Assembly (NCBI GenBank): GCA_044070495.1
Contig: JBIPSI010000023.1
Span: 21,321 to 85,320 of the forward strand
DNA from: Spirulina sp.
GTDB lineage: Bacteria > Cyanobacteriota > Cyanobacteriia > Phormidesmidales > Phormidesmidaceae
Length of the DNA: 64,000 nucleotides
Direction of reading: 5' to 3'
A program made the translations under genes and the position numbers. The notes under the pieces are model-generated. The model ran no database searches and had not been told where the DNA came from. It saw nothing but the letters and a program-made list of their open reading frames with translations. Positions 38,690-47,984 of the stretch are shown piece by piece (the stretch's first letter is position 1; each line of letters opens with the position of its first letter).

Positions 38690-39070
38690 CTAATCTTCGG
38701 CCCGCAACAGCTTGCGATAGAACGCCTTGGAGAAATCCGGGGTTCGTTTGTTGCGCAGGGCTACGATGACATCAAACAAAAAGTCCACAAACTCAAAGGT
38801 AGCCATCACAATTTCGTAGCTGAGGTCGGCATCGCCATCAAATTGCAGGCGACATCGGGTGAGGTCGGCGGGCAACATCGAGACATTCCAGGTGGCGATA
38901 AAGGCGATGCTTTCTCCGCCCTCGATGTGTCTTTCTCCCTCTAAATTGCCCTGTTTATATAGAGAAATAGCATAGGGAAGGGCGGCGCGCTTATTGCCCT
39001 GGTAGTAGGGCATATACACGCCAACATCTTGCTTACCAGCCGGTTGAATATCCTCAAATGTCAAGCGCAT
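38690..39070 (-). CDS. ebsA: Type IV pilus/biofilm self-suppression protein EbsA
   Basis: QPA....V.VYMPYYQG.KR..LPYAISLY..G.LEG.R.IEGG..., DFSKAFYRKLLR pattern. Confidence 0.8.
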   Translation of the reverse strand: MRLTFEDIQPAGKQDVGVYMPYYQGNKRAALPYAISLYKQGNLEGERHIEGGESIAFIATWNVSMLPADLTRCRLQFDGDADLSYEIVMATFEFVDFLFDVIVALRNKRTPDFSKAFYRKLLRAED

Positions 39071-39463
39071 GGGTGTGGCCTTAAAGTGTGGCAAAGCGGA
39101 AGGGCAATGGGTTGGAGAAACGTGCTCCGGTACCCCCTGGCCTCAAAGGGTACCCGCACGGTTGCTGGGTCTCCCCTGGGGCGATTTCTAGCCTGATCTA
39201 GAGGTCAGGGTACCGCGAACTCCTCGGTACGAACTATAACCTCCTGGAAAGATGGCAAAACCTTTGCAATTTGGCGTTGAGGCCGCCCATCAGCGCCATC
39301 CCAGGGGGCTAGGATTAGCGTTCCCCTCTTTTAGGGGCAAGACATCACCTCATTTTTTTCTTCAACATCGGGGATGATAAAGCGGGATAATAGGTAAACC
39401 TTAGTAACGTTACGTAAAGAACGTTTCCCCGTTCCTTCGTGGTGCTCTGTGCGGTTCTCGTCC

Positions 39464-40864
39464 ATGATTGACTCCCCAAACGCTGTGTTTCAACCCCTCG
39501 CCGATCTCGACATTGAAGATTTTCCCGGCTATGCGGGGCGTCGCCGTAAGGCGGCGCTCACCCTCACGTTGCTCTGGGGGAGTACCGTGGCGCTTCACCT
39601 GTTGTCCTGGGGAAGTTGGGTCATCCTCGGGTTAATGGCGGTGCTGTCTACCCACGCCCTGCGGGTGTTGCTGGCCCGCCCTCGCCTGGGGCCAACGCCG
39701 CTGCCGCCCCCGTCCTTGGCCGATCACCCTGAAGCCGCTCATGCTAGTTCCAACCCCAGCCTTTGGCCCTACGTATCGCTGCTGGTGGCCGCTAAAAATG
39801 AGGAGGCGGTCATCCAGCGCCTCGTCACTGCCCTCTGCAATCTGGACTATCCCACCCACCGCTACGAGGTGTGGATCATCGACGACTACAGCACCGATGG
39901 CACCGCCCAGCGCCTCCAGGAACTCCGCCAGCGCTATCCTCAACTGCGGGTGCTGCACCGGGCCGCCAACGCCACCGGGGGCAAATCCGGTGCCCTCAAC
40001 CAAGTCTGGCCCGACACCCAGGGCGACATTATCGGCGTGTTCGATGCCGATGCCCAGGTGCCGAAGGATCTGTTGCGCCACATTGTGCCCATGTTTGCGG
40101 CGGAACAGGTGGGGGCCGTGCAGATGCAGAAGGCCATCGTCAACCGCGCCAAGAATTGGCTCACCCGGGGTCAACAGGCGGAAATGGCCCTCGATACCTA
40201 TTTTCAGCAGCAGCGCATTGCCCTAGACGGTATTGGTGAACTGCGGGGCAACGGCCAATTTGTACGGCGTAGCGCCCTCAGGCAGTGCGGCGGCTGGAAC
40301 GAGGAAACCATCACCGACGACCTCGACCTCACCCTGCGGCTCCACTTTAGCGGCTGGGATATTGAGTTTATGCTGCACCCCGCCGTAGACGAAGAGGGCG
40401 TTGAACGGCCCATGGCCCTGTGGCACCAGCGTAACCGTTGGGCCGAGGGCGGTTATCAGCGCTATCTCGACTATTGGCGCTTTCTGGCCAACAGCCGCCT
40501 TACCCCCGGCAAAACCCTCGATATGGCGGCCTTCTGGCTGATTCAGTACGGTCTGCCTACCGTGGCCCTGCCCGACTTTGTCATGGCCCTGCTGCGCCAC
40601 CGATTGCCCGTATTTTTGCCCGTCTCCGGCCTCGCCCTCACCCTGTCGATGGTGGGCATGTACTGCGGCCTGCGACGCACCCAACGACAACCCCGTTGGG
40701 CCAGCGCCCTGCTGACGGTGTGGGGCAACCTGTACATGCTCCACTGGCTGCTGGTGATTTCCACCATGGCCCTACGGCTATCGGTGCGGCCCAAACGCCT
40801 GCGCTGGGTCAAAACCGTTCACCAAGGCGTGGAGGACGAGCTTCAGGTGGATGGCTCGGTCTAG
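39464..40864 (+). CDS. mgdA: GT2 beta-monoglucosyldiacylglycerol synthase
   Basis: AAKNEE, DD.STD, GGKSGALN, FDAD, ELRGNGQF, TDDLD, QRNRW (QXXRW), WVKT.H. Confidence 0.82.
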   Translation: MIDSPNAVFQPLADLDIEDFPGYAGRRRKAALTLTLLWGSTVALHLLSWGSWVILGLMAVLSTHALRVLLARPRLGPTPLPPPSLADHPEAAHASSNPSLWPYVSLLVAAKNEEAVIQRLVTALCNLDYPTHRYEVWIIDDYSTDGTAQRLQELRQRYPQLRVLHRAANATGGKSGALNQVWPDTQGDIIGVFDADAQVPKDLLRHIVPMFAAEQVGAVQMQKAIVNRAKNWLTRGQQAEMALDTYFQQQRIALDGIGELRGNGQFVRRSALRQCGGWNEETITDDLDLTLRLHFSGWDIEFMLHPAVDEEGVERPMALWHQRNRWAEGGYQRYLDYWRFLANSRLTPGKTLDMAAFWLIQYGLPTVALPDFVMALLRHRLPVFLPVSGLALTLSMVGMYCGLRRTQRQPRWASALLTVWGNLYMLHWLLVISTMALRLSVRPKRLRWVKTVHQGVEDELQVDGSV

Positions 40865-41086
40865 CCCTGCGGTACAGCCGGGTTGGCCTAGACCAAGGTT
40901 GACGGGATCAGGCTCCACGGAGGAAAGGATCTCCGACCTTTCATCTAGCCTCTTCATCTCAAGGTAGCTAGGCTTCTGGCGTCAATGGCCTCAGCTATGG
41001 CGCGGCCCTAACCACGCCGTATGCCCCATCGCTATGATTTGATAAGATCCTCCTTGCCCAAAAGCCCTCACCCAGGACATTGCCCC

Positions 41087-41962
41087 ATGTCAGTCACTAC
41101 CACGCCCACGCCCTGGCACCTTCGAGATCGCACCTTTGCCTGGGGTAGCCGCACCTACATCATGGGTGTTTTGAACGTGACGCCGGACAGCTTCAGCGAT
41201 GGCGGCCAGTTCAATACCGTAGAACGGGCGGTGGAACAGGCGCGACACCTCGTCCACAACGGTACCGATATCGTGGATATTGGCGGACAGTCTACCCGTC
41301 CGGGGTCGGAGTCCATCTCCAGGGAAGAGGAACTCAACCGAGTGATCCCCGTCATCGAAGCCATTCGGGCCGATGGGGATGAGGCCCTCAGCCAAGCGGT
41401 GATTTCCGTGGATACCACCCGTTCCGCCGTGGCCAGGGCAGCGGTGAAGGCCGGGGCCGATGTGGTGAACGATATTTCCGGCGGCACCTACGACCGCGCT
41501 ATGCTTTCCACCGTGGCCGATCTGGGCGTACCCGTGATTCTCATGCACCTGCGCGGCACCCCCGCCACCATGCAGCAGCATACGGATTATCAGGATTTGA
41601 TTGGTGATATTTATGAATTTCTAGAACGCCGCATCGAAGACGCCATTGCCGTAGGAGTCAAACCCAGCCAAATTGCCATCGATCCAGGCATCGGCTTTGC
41701 CAAAACCTATCCCCAAAACATCGAAATTCTGCGTAATCTAGGCAAATTCCGCGAGCTAGACTGTCCCCTGTTGGTGGGGCCATCCCGCAAGAGCTTCATC
41801 GGCTGGATTCTTGACCAACCCGATGCCCAAAAGCGAGTGTGGGGCACGTCGGCGGCCTGCTGTGCCGCCATTGCGGGTGGAGCCGATCTGCTCCGAGTCC
41901 ACGATGGGGCAGAAATGTATGATGTCTGTCGGGTCGCTGATGCAATCTGGCGGGCGGCTTAG
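41087..41962 (+). CDS. folP: Dihydropteroate synthase
   Basis: MGVLNVTPDSFSDGG, DIGGQSTRPG, DPGIGFAK, SRKSF, RVHD. Confidence 0.96.
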   Translation: MSVTTTPTPWHLRDRTFAWGSRTYIMGVLNVTPDSFSDGGQFNTVERAVEQARHLVHNGTDIVDIGGQSTRPGSESISREEELNRVIPVIEAIRADGDEALSQAVISVDTTRSAVARAAVKAGADVVNDISGGTYDRAMLSTVADLGVPVILMHLRGTPATMQQHTDYQDLIGDIYEFLERRIEDAIAVGVKPSQIAIDPGIGFAKTYPQNIEILRNLGKFRELDCPLLVGPSRKSFIGWILDQPDAQKRVWGTSAACCAAIAGGADLLRVHDGAEMYDVCRVADAIWRAA

Positions 41963-42058
41963 GACTATCGGGATGACTTCAGGTTCCCTTCGGAGAATCT
42001 GAGACAGCGCTAGACTCTTTGACCGTTCGGCTACTCTCAAGGTTAGGATTTCACCCCC

Positions 42059-42538
42059 ATGTCAACGGAACTGATTACGTGGCTCGTCGTGGTGCTGGGC
42101 ATTTTGGGCTTTGGCATGGGGTCGATGCTGGTGGCCTATCGTCGGCCAGCGGGGGCGGCGGTGCTGTTTCCGGCCCCGGTAACGGAGTTATCCATGCCCA
42201 TGACAGAACGGGCTAGAACGCTGTTTCAGGCTGGGTTAGCAGACTTTGAACGGGGACACTACGCCAAAGCCATCGGTCAATTTAGTGAGGTGATCGCACT
42301 GGAACCCACCTGTGCCGAAGCCCTTCACAACGGTGGGCTCGCCTACGCCAACCTGGGTAACGATAACCTGGCAGTGCCAGCCCTCGTTCAGGCCAGCGAC
42401 CGCTACGACCAGCAGGGCACCAAATCAGGCCTGGATCGGGTGAAGTACGCCCTGGAGCAGGTGGCCGCACGGCAAAATCAACGACGCGCCGCTAAGGATC
42501 AGGCCGGACAGGCTCAGGCAGGAAACATCCGTGGCTAA
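42059..42538 (+). CDS. Membrane-anchored TPR protein
   Basis: N-terminal TM helix followed by TPR-like helices. Confidence 0.75.
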   Translation: MSTELITWLVVVLGILGFGMGSMLVAYRRPAGAAVLFPAPVTELSMPMTERARTLFQAGLADFERGHYAKAIGQFSEVIALEPTCAEALHNGGLAYANLGNDNLAVPALVQASDRYDQQGTKSGLDRVKYALEQVAARQNQRRAAKDQAGQAQAGNIRG

Positions 42539-43427
42539 GCAGCGGCTCGATGTACTCTTGGTGGAACGGGGGCTATGTCCCTCCCGGCAGCAGGCCCAGC
42601 GCTGGATTCAGGCCGGAGAGGTGCAGGTGAACCATGCGGTGGTGGATAAACCCGGCACCCCCGTGGCCGAGGATGCGGAGATTCAGGTGAAGGAAAAATC
42701 TCCCTACGTGTCGCGGGGGGGCGAAAAACTGGCCAAGGCCCTGGCGGAGTTTCCTATTGCCGTGGCGGGGCGGGTGGCGCTGGATGGCGGCATCTCCACC
42801 GGGGGCTTCACGGACTGCCTATTGCAGGCGGGGGCCAGCCAGGTCTACGGCATCGACGTGGGCTATGGCCAAGTGGCCTGGGAACTGCGCCAGGATAATC
42901 GGGTGATCCTCAAAGAACGCACCAACCTGCGCCACCTCAACCCAGCGGATCTCTACGGCGACGGCGACCCCCGCCCCGACCTAGGGGTGATGGATGTGTC
43001 GTTTATTTCCCTCACCAAGGTGCTACCCGCCTTTTGGGCCTTGCTGGTGCCCCCCCGTGAGGTGGTGCTGCTGGTGAAACCCCAGTTCGAGGTGGGGCGC
43101 GACCGCATTGGCAAAAAGGGCGTCGTGCGCGACCCCAAGGATCACGCTGCCGCCCTTGCCGCTGTGCTAGATTGCGCCCTCCGCCTGGGCTGGCAGTATC
43201 GGGGCGTAACCTGGTCGCCCTTGGTGGGGCCAGCGGGCAATATCGAATACCTGCTGTGGCTCGATCAACCCACGACCTCAACCCCAGAGACGATTCCCAA
43301 TGCCCCATCTTCCCCTGCGCCTAACCCAGGTGATACCCCGGACGTCTCCCCCACCGCCACCCTTCCCCCCAGCTTGGATTTGCACCAACTTGCCCTCCAA
43401 GCCCGTGCTGCCCTGGGTGAGCGTTAA
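42531..43427 (+). CDS. tlyA: TlyA-family rRNA methyltransferase
   Basis: RLD.LLV S4 domain, YVSRGG.KL, STGGFTD, DVSFISL, KPQFE, GNIEYL. Confidence 0.94.
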   Translation: MAKQRLDVLLVERGLCPSRQQAQRWIQAGEVQVNHAVVDKPGTPVAEDAEIQVKEKSPYVSRGGEKLAKALAEFPIAVAGRVALDGGISTGGFTDCLLQAGASQVYGIDVGYGQVAWELRQDNRVILKERTNLRHLNPADLYGDGDPRPDLGVMDVSFISLTKVLPAFWALLVPPREVVLLVKPQFEVGRDRIGKKGVVRDPKDHAAALAAVLDCALRLGWQYRGVTWSPLVGPAGNIEYLLWLDQPTTSTPETIPNAPSSPAPNPGDTPDVSPTATLPPSLDLHQLALQARAALGER

Positions 43428-43505
43428 AGCGAAAACTCGCCCCTGCCGACCACCGTTGAGAAATCCCCAAAGCCCGCCTAAAATCTGGAAAAAACACCCG
43501 TTAGA

Positions 43506-43940
43506 ATGGGACTATTCACCCCCCAAGTTTGGCTGAATTTCCTCTCCCTGCTGCCCGCCACCACCCTGGCGGTGCTAACCCTCGCCATTGCCTTTCTGCG
43601 GTTCTATGATGTCCAAGATTTCCCCCTCCTCGGATTCATCGCCCAACCCCGCCTATGGAGCAACCGATTCACCGTGGCAGCCATCCTGGCTACACTGGTT
43701 AATTTCGGCGTTGAGTGGAACCGTCGAAATAGAGAAACAAACCGCTTGGCTGAAGCAAGAGAACGAGAGGCTCGCCGAGATCGATGCCAAGTACGATGCC
43801 TTGCGGCGCAAGTCCGCTACCAACTCGACCCCACCGACGACCACCGACAAGAATTAGCCCTGGCCTTGGCCCAGCTTGAGGAATATCAGCAGGTGTTGGA
43901 TCGAGATTCAGTTGAAGGAGCATATAAGTCTGATGCTTGA
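43506..43940 (+). CDS. Hypothetical two-TM protein with charged coiled-coil tail
   Basis: Two hydrophobic segments followed by an R/E-rich helix; intact ORF at the start of the accessory island. Confidence 0.7.
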   Translation: MGLFTPQVWLNFLSLLPATTLAVLTLAIAFLRFYDVQDFPLLGFIAQPRLWSNRFTVAAILATLVNFGVEWNRRNRETNRLAEAREREARRDRCQVRCLAAQVRYQLDPTDDHRQELALALAQLEEYQQVLDRDSVEGAYKSDA

Positions 43941-43980
43941 CGGTTTCTAAGCCCTACCCTACCGGAACGTTAGCCTAGCT

Positions 43981-44001
43981 GTAGGGTGGGCACTGCCCAC
44001 C
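43981..44001 (+). repeat. GTAG-type REP
   Basis: GTAG-GGTGGGCA-C-TGCCCACC. Confidence 0.82.
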
Positions 44002-44055
44002 ACTGGGAAAACTATTTTCTAGAAGTTGCCTAAGCATTTCGATTCTTAAGAGGCC

Positions 44056-44475
44056 ATGGTGAAATCCTGTTCTGTTTTAATTGACTTCAGCGAAGCGGGT
44101 CTAGACCTGGAACGCCCTGAGCTAGAAGCATTTTTATTGACCCTTGCTGATGAAATGGAAGCTGGCAATTTGGTGCAGTCGGCTCGTTTGGCACGGGATG
44201 AGGATATTCCAGATGCGGCAAAGTCTGGGGTGGCGGCGTTTTTGGTTGGGCTGTTGACCGCTGAGATCAACCGAGAAAACCTGGGCAAGGTGATGGACTA
44301 CCTAGGCAACTTGCGCTACGGCAAAACTCTAACGTTGTCGGGCGACATTGACGGCATGACCTACAACATCGAATACCGCAATAAACAGGAGCTAGATCAA
44401 GCGGCGGATACCATTGAGCGGCTGGCAAATTTGCGGGTTAAGATACGGGAACCGCAGACCCCACCTGCACCCTAG
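44056..44475 (+). CDS. Small caspase-associated protein (EACC1-like)
   Basis: 139 aa with IPDAAKS plus a hydrophobic AFLVGLLTAE segment, 24 nt upstream of a caspase; family assignment inferred. Confidence 0.6.
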   Translation: MVKSCSVLIDFSEAGLDLERPELEAFLLTLADEMEAGNLVQSARLARDEDIPDAAKSGVAAFLVGLLTAEINRENLGKVMDYLGNLRYGKTLTLSGDIDGMTYNIEYRNKQELDQAADTIERLANLRVKIREPQTPPAP

Positions 44476-44499
44476 CCCTAGCGCCCTACTGCCAGCCCC

Positions 44500-46521
44500 A
44501 TGGGAAAGCATGCACTCTTAATCGGCGTTGACACCTACGGGGAAGGGCTGCAACCGTTGCCCGCCGCCTCTAAGGATGTGATGGCGCTGCAAGCGGTGTT
44601 GCTGAACCCACAAATTGGCGGCTTTGACGAAGCGAAACCGCTGATTAACCCCACCCAGCCCGACATGGCACGGGAAATTGAACTATGGTTCCAGGATCGA
44701 CAGCCGGAGGATCTAGTGCTGTTGTTTTTTTCGGGTCATGGGGTGAAGGATGATCGCCGCGAGCTGTACTTTGCCGCCGCCAATACCGAAAAGCAGCGGA
44801 ATCGGTTGCTCACTGCCACCGCCATCTCGGCCCGGTTCATTCATAACTGCATTCGGGACTGCAAAGCAAAATCCCAAGTACTTATCCTCGATTGCTGCTT
44901 TAGCGGTGCCTTTGGTGATGCCATAGCTCGGAATGATGGCGATATCCCCTTGGAGGAACAACTGGGGGCCGAGGGACGGGTGGTGCTGGCCTCCACCAGT
45001 GCGGTGGACTATTCCTTTGAGGAAAAGGGTGTGGATCTATCGATTTATACCCGCTACCTGGTAGAAGGACTGGCCACCGGAGCCGCCGATGAAGAGGGCA
45101 ATGGATGGATCACCGTGGATGCACTGCACAGCTATGCCGGACGCAAGGTGAAGGAAACCTCCCCCGTCATGAGCCCCTGTCTGATTACCCTGAAGGATGA
45201 GGGCTTTCGGATTCCCCTAGCTCGTTCTCCTCAGGATGACCCCAAGCTGAAATACCGCAAAGAGGCAGAACGCCGAGCCACCGGGGGGGAATTTACGATT
45301 CCGGCCCTACGGTTGTTAAGAAATCTTCGCCTTGAACTGGGGCTATCCACTGCCGAAGCCGAAGCCATTGAATCCGAGGTACTCAGACCCCATCGAGACT
45401 ATCAGCGCAAGCGACAGGAGTATCAGGACACCCTGCGCGAGTGCCTAGAACGAGAATCGCCCCTCAGCCAACGCACCATCACCGACTTAATTGACTATCG
45501 TGTCCACCTGCAACTGAGTCCAGAGGATGCGGCTCAGATTGAGCAGGCCGCTTTACACGGACATACGCTGGAGGGATACGTCACAGAACTAGAGCGCCAG
45601 CGGCAAATACAAGCCCAACAAGAGGCCGAAGCCCAACGTAGACAACAACAGGCCGAAGCCGAGCGCCAGCAAGAAACTGAGCGCCAACGACAAGCCGAAG
45701 CCCAGCGACTCCTAGATAGGCATGTGGCAGAACTAGAACACCAGCGGCAAATACAAGCTCAGCAAGAGGCCGAAGCCCAACGAAGACAAGCCGAAGTCGA
45801 ACTCCAGCAAGCCGAAGCCGAGAGCCAACGACAAGCCGCAGCGGCTCAACAAAAACAACGGGAAGCCGAAGCAGTCAGCCAAGGTAAAAAAACGACACCT
45901 ACCCCGCTATCCTCAACCCTGACACGGCAGCAGTTCTTAAAATGGGGTGGACTCTCAGGGATTGGCCTCATTGGAGCCTTTGGATTTAATCAGGCTTTCA
46001 ATGGACTTCCATCATTAACTGAGTCTAGCCATTCAAGTGCAAATAATAACGCCTTTTCACAAGCTGACTATACGCGATTAGAGAGTCTCCTAGCCGCTCA
46101 ACAATGGAAAGATGCTGATCAAGAAACTCTCAATGTCATGCTGGGAATTGCTAATCGACAGAGTGAAGAATGGCTAGATTCTGCCAGTCTTCAGAATTTT
46201 CCCTGTGGGGAGTTAGCAAAATTAAACCAGCTTTGGATAAATGCCAGTGACGGTAGGTTTGGCTTTAGCGTGCAGAGAAAGATTTATGTAGATGACTGTG
46301 GTGGCCAACCTAACGGCGAGGATGGTGAAAATGCCTGGTACTGCTTTGCGGATCGGGTTGGTTGGCGCGTGAATGAAACCTGGCTCTCTCGTGCATCCCT
46401 TACCTATGATTCAACAGCTCCGTTGGGTCATCTGCCAGTTATTGTGTGGGGTTCTGGCGCGGTGGAATGGAGTTGGCGAGTTCCCCTTCTGATGCAGAGA
46501 CTGGTGCATTGTGACAGATAA
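44500..46521 (+). CDS. Caspase-like peptidase C14 + coiled coil + TM + GUN4-like domain
   Basis: ALLIGV, FFSGHG (His), ILDCCFSG (Cys); C-terminal DY..LE.LLA...WK.AD.ET...FPC..L..L..LW..AS.G.FGFSVQ..IY...GHLP. Confidence 0.9.
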   Translation: MGKHALLIGVDTYGEGLQPLPAASKDVMALQAVLLNPQIGGFDEAKPLINPTQPDMAREIELWFQDRQPEDLVLLFFSGHGVKDDRRELYFAAANTEKQRNRLLTATAISARFIHNCIRDCKAKSQVLILDCCFSGAFGDAIARNDGDIPLEEQLGAEGRVVLASTSAVDYSFEEKGVDLSIYTRYLVEGLATGAADEEGNGWITVDALHSYAGRKVKETSPVMSPCLITLKDEGFRIPLARSPQDDPKLKYRKEAERRATGGEFTIPALRLLRNLRLELGLSTAEAEAIESEVLRPHRDYQRKRQEYQDTLRECLERESPLSQRTITDLIDYRVHLQLSPEDAAQIEQAALHGHTLEGYVTELERQRQIQAQQEAEAQRRQQQAEAERQQETERQRQAEAQRLLDRHVAELEHQRQIQAQQEAEAQRRQAEVELQQAEAESQRQAAAAQQKQREAEAVSQGKKTTPTPLSSTLTRQQFLKWGGLSGIGLIGAFGFNQAFNGLPSLTESSHSSANNNAFSQADYTRLESLLAAQQWKDADQETLNVMLGIANRQSEEWLDSASLQNFPCGELAKLNQLWINASDGRFGFSVQRKIYVDDCGGQPNGEDGENAWYCFADRVGWRVNETWLSRASLTYDSTAPLGHLPVIVWGSGAVEWSWRVPLLMQRLVHCDR

Positions 46522-46535
46522 GTACTTCAGTAGAG

Positions 46536-46690
46536 GTAGGGTGCATTCGCGGCATCAATCTTTTTGAAAAGGGGATGGTTTAAATTTGTGGACGCAATGC
46601 ACCGCTTACCCATCGCGAATTTCTCGGTATATGGCTTTGGTGCATTGCTTCGCGTTGGCGTTAGCCTCGCCCTAGCGTTATGCACCCTAC
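46536..46690. repeat. Inverted REP doublet (REPIN-like)
   Basis: GTAGGGTGCATT...GCAATGCACC facing GGTGCATTGC...ATGCACCCTAC. Confidence 0.75.
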
Positions 46691-46817
46691 GTTTTTGGGT
46701 GGCATACAGCAAAATCTTACGGTACTCATCACGAATTAACCGAAACTCGCGGTTATTGTACCGCACCGTAACGTGGTAACAAAATCCAGCCCGGAAGCTG
46801 CGTTTGGGTCTCGCCAT
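46691..46817 (-). pseudogene. N-terminal remnant of a Y1/HUH (RAYT/IS200-like) transposase
   Basis: MAR.KR....G.CYHVT.R.NNREF pattern; similarity stops at the REP doublet; HUH motif missing. Confidence 0.68.
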
Positions 46818-46881
46818 AGGCTAAAGACGTGCTATAACACTCCTGTAGGAATCACTGTGTCATTGACCATTGGGTTAAAAA

Positions 46882-47109
46882 ATGACTACCCTAAGCGATC
46901 TTCAGACAGAACTTACCCATCTCGAACCACACCAACTTCAACAGGTGGCAGAGTTTATCGAGAAAATTAAGGGAGTGAGCCATGCTCCCAAAAAACTGAC
47001 AGACTTTTATGGAGTCTTTGCTGCAAGATCGGGTTCTGCCAGCAAAGACGAAATGCGCCAGCACGTATCAGGCTATCTTGCCCAAAAACACAAACTCATC
47101 CAAGAATGA
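46882..47109 (+). CDS. Putative antitoxin (75 aa) upstream of PIN pseudogene
   Basis: L..L...QLQQVAEF.E pattern; ATGA overlap with PIN relic. Confidence 0.65.
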   Translation: MTTLSDLQTELTHLEPHQLQQVAEFIEKIKGVSHAPKKLTDFYGVFAARSGSASKDEMRQHVSGYLAQKHKLIQE

Positions 47110-47291
47110 TGAATTTCTGGGTCGATGCCAACCTCATTTTAAGATTTCTCACCTAAGAACCTGTTCAGTTGGCAGAGCGAGCCTTACGGTTCTTTGAGCA
47201 AGCCGAGAAAGGAGAAATTACGCTTCACATTGCGCCGCTGGTTGTTCAGGACTTCCGTCGTCTCGATATTCCCTGGCATGAGCCAATGTAG
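47106..47291 (+). pseudogene. vapC: VapC/PIN toxin pseudogene
   Basis: MMNFWVDANLILRFLT*EP...A.RFFEQAE.GEITLHI.PLVV; in-frame TAA at 47154-47156; only 62 codons, implying an internal deletion. Confidence 0.78.
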
Positions 47292-47298
47292 CAGGCCC

Positions 47299-47330
47299 AG
47301 AACCCGGTTTTTCCAAAAAACCGGGTTTCT
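47299..47330. repeat. Palindromic small dispersed repeat or bidirectional terminator
   Basis: AACCCGGTTTTT-CCA-AAAAACCGGGTT between convergent genes. Confidence 0.7.
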
Positions 47331-47340
47331 AAACTCCACC

Positions 47341-47706
47341 CTAGCCGCCAATAATCAGATTTAGCGTTGCCACCACTTGATCCACCACCGCAGCGGGCAA
47401 ACATTCCCCGGTGCTGCGCCACCAGCGCTGACTGAGATCAAGGGTGCGCACCTGCTCCGCAATCACCGATCCACTCACCCGAAACCCCTCAGGAATGGGA
47501 ATGAGCGTCTTAATGTCGGGCCGTACCGTGCTGGTAATGGGTGACACCACCACTAGGCCACCCCTAGCCGCATTAAACGCTGTTTGGCTCAACACCAGGC
47601 AGGGTCGAGCCTCCCCCATTTGCTCTCTCCCTTGGGTTGGGTTCAAATTAACGCGAATCACCTCACCGCGATGCAGTGCGCCAACGGTCTCCTGCATTAC
47701 AGCCAT
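47341..47706 (-). CDS. mazF: MazF/PemK endoribonuclease toxin
   Basis: RGEV..VNLNPTQGREQ...RPCLVLS...FN, V.PITS, EQVRTLD...R. Confidence 0.92.
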   Translation of the reverse strand: MAVMQETVGALHRGEVIRVNLNPTQGREQMGEARPCLVLSQTAFNAARGGLVVVSPITSTVRPDIKTLIPIPEGFRVSGSVIAEQVRTLDLSQRWWRSTGECLPAAVVDQVVATLNLIIGG

Positions 47707-47948
47707 TCTTGCCCCTGGGGCTCGTTTTGCACAAAGTCTTCTACGTCTGCGGGGTAAGTAAAATCATCAGGAATGCTGGCCAATAACTCCTCTAAGGAAG
47801 TTGCCGTGGCCTTTTTGCGAATTATCAGTGCCCCATCCTGCTCTAACAATTCCACCGTCGAGTTTTCATCCCAGCCAAAACTCTCCGCCAACCGATGGGG
47901 GATGCGTAGTCCCAAACTGTTGCCCCATTTTTTGAGTTGAATATCCAT
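47697..47948 (-). CDS. mazE: MazE/AbrB antitoxin
   Basis: KKWGNSLGLRIP, SLEELLA.I, P.G.EW; overlaps mazF. Confidence 0.92.
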   Translation of the reverse strand: MDIQLKKWGNSLGLRIPHRLAESFGWDENSTVELLEQDGALIIRKKATATSLEELLASIPDDFTYPADVEDFVQNEPQGQEWL

Positions 47949-47961
47949 ACGGCTGGGCTGA

Positions 47962-47984
47962 ATTATACTTTGTATAATATGCTA
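47962..47984 (-). promoter_or_regulatory. mazEF autoregulatory operator adjacent to a -10 box
   Basis: Perfect inverted repeat ATTATAC-TTT-GTATAAT (47962-47978) directly after minus-strand TAGCAT (47979-47984). Confidence 0.65.

Noticed and set aside
46300..46521. Diversity-generating retroelement variable region at the caspase C-terminus
   Set aside because: No reverse transcriptase or template repeat in the window, and the domain is GUN4-like rather than C-type lectin.
43941..47340. attC cassette array linked to the intI relic
   Set aside because: Intergenic palindromes are REP or dispersed-repeat type; I could not identify paired RYYYAAC/GTTRRRY boxes with attC structure. IntegronFinder would settle it.
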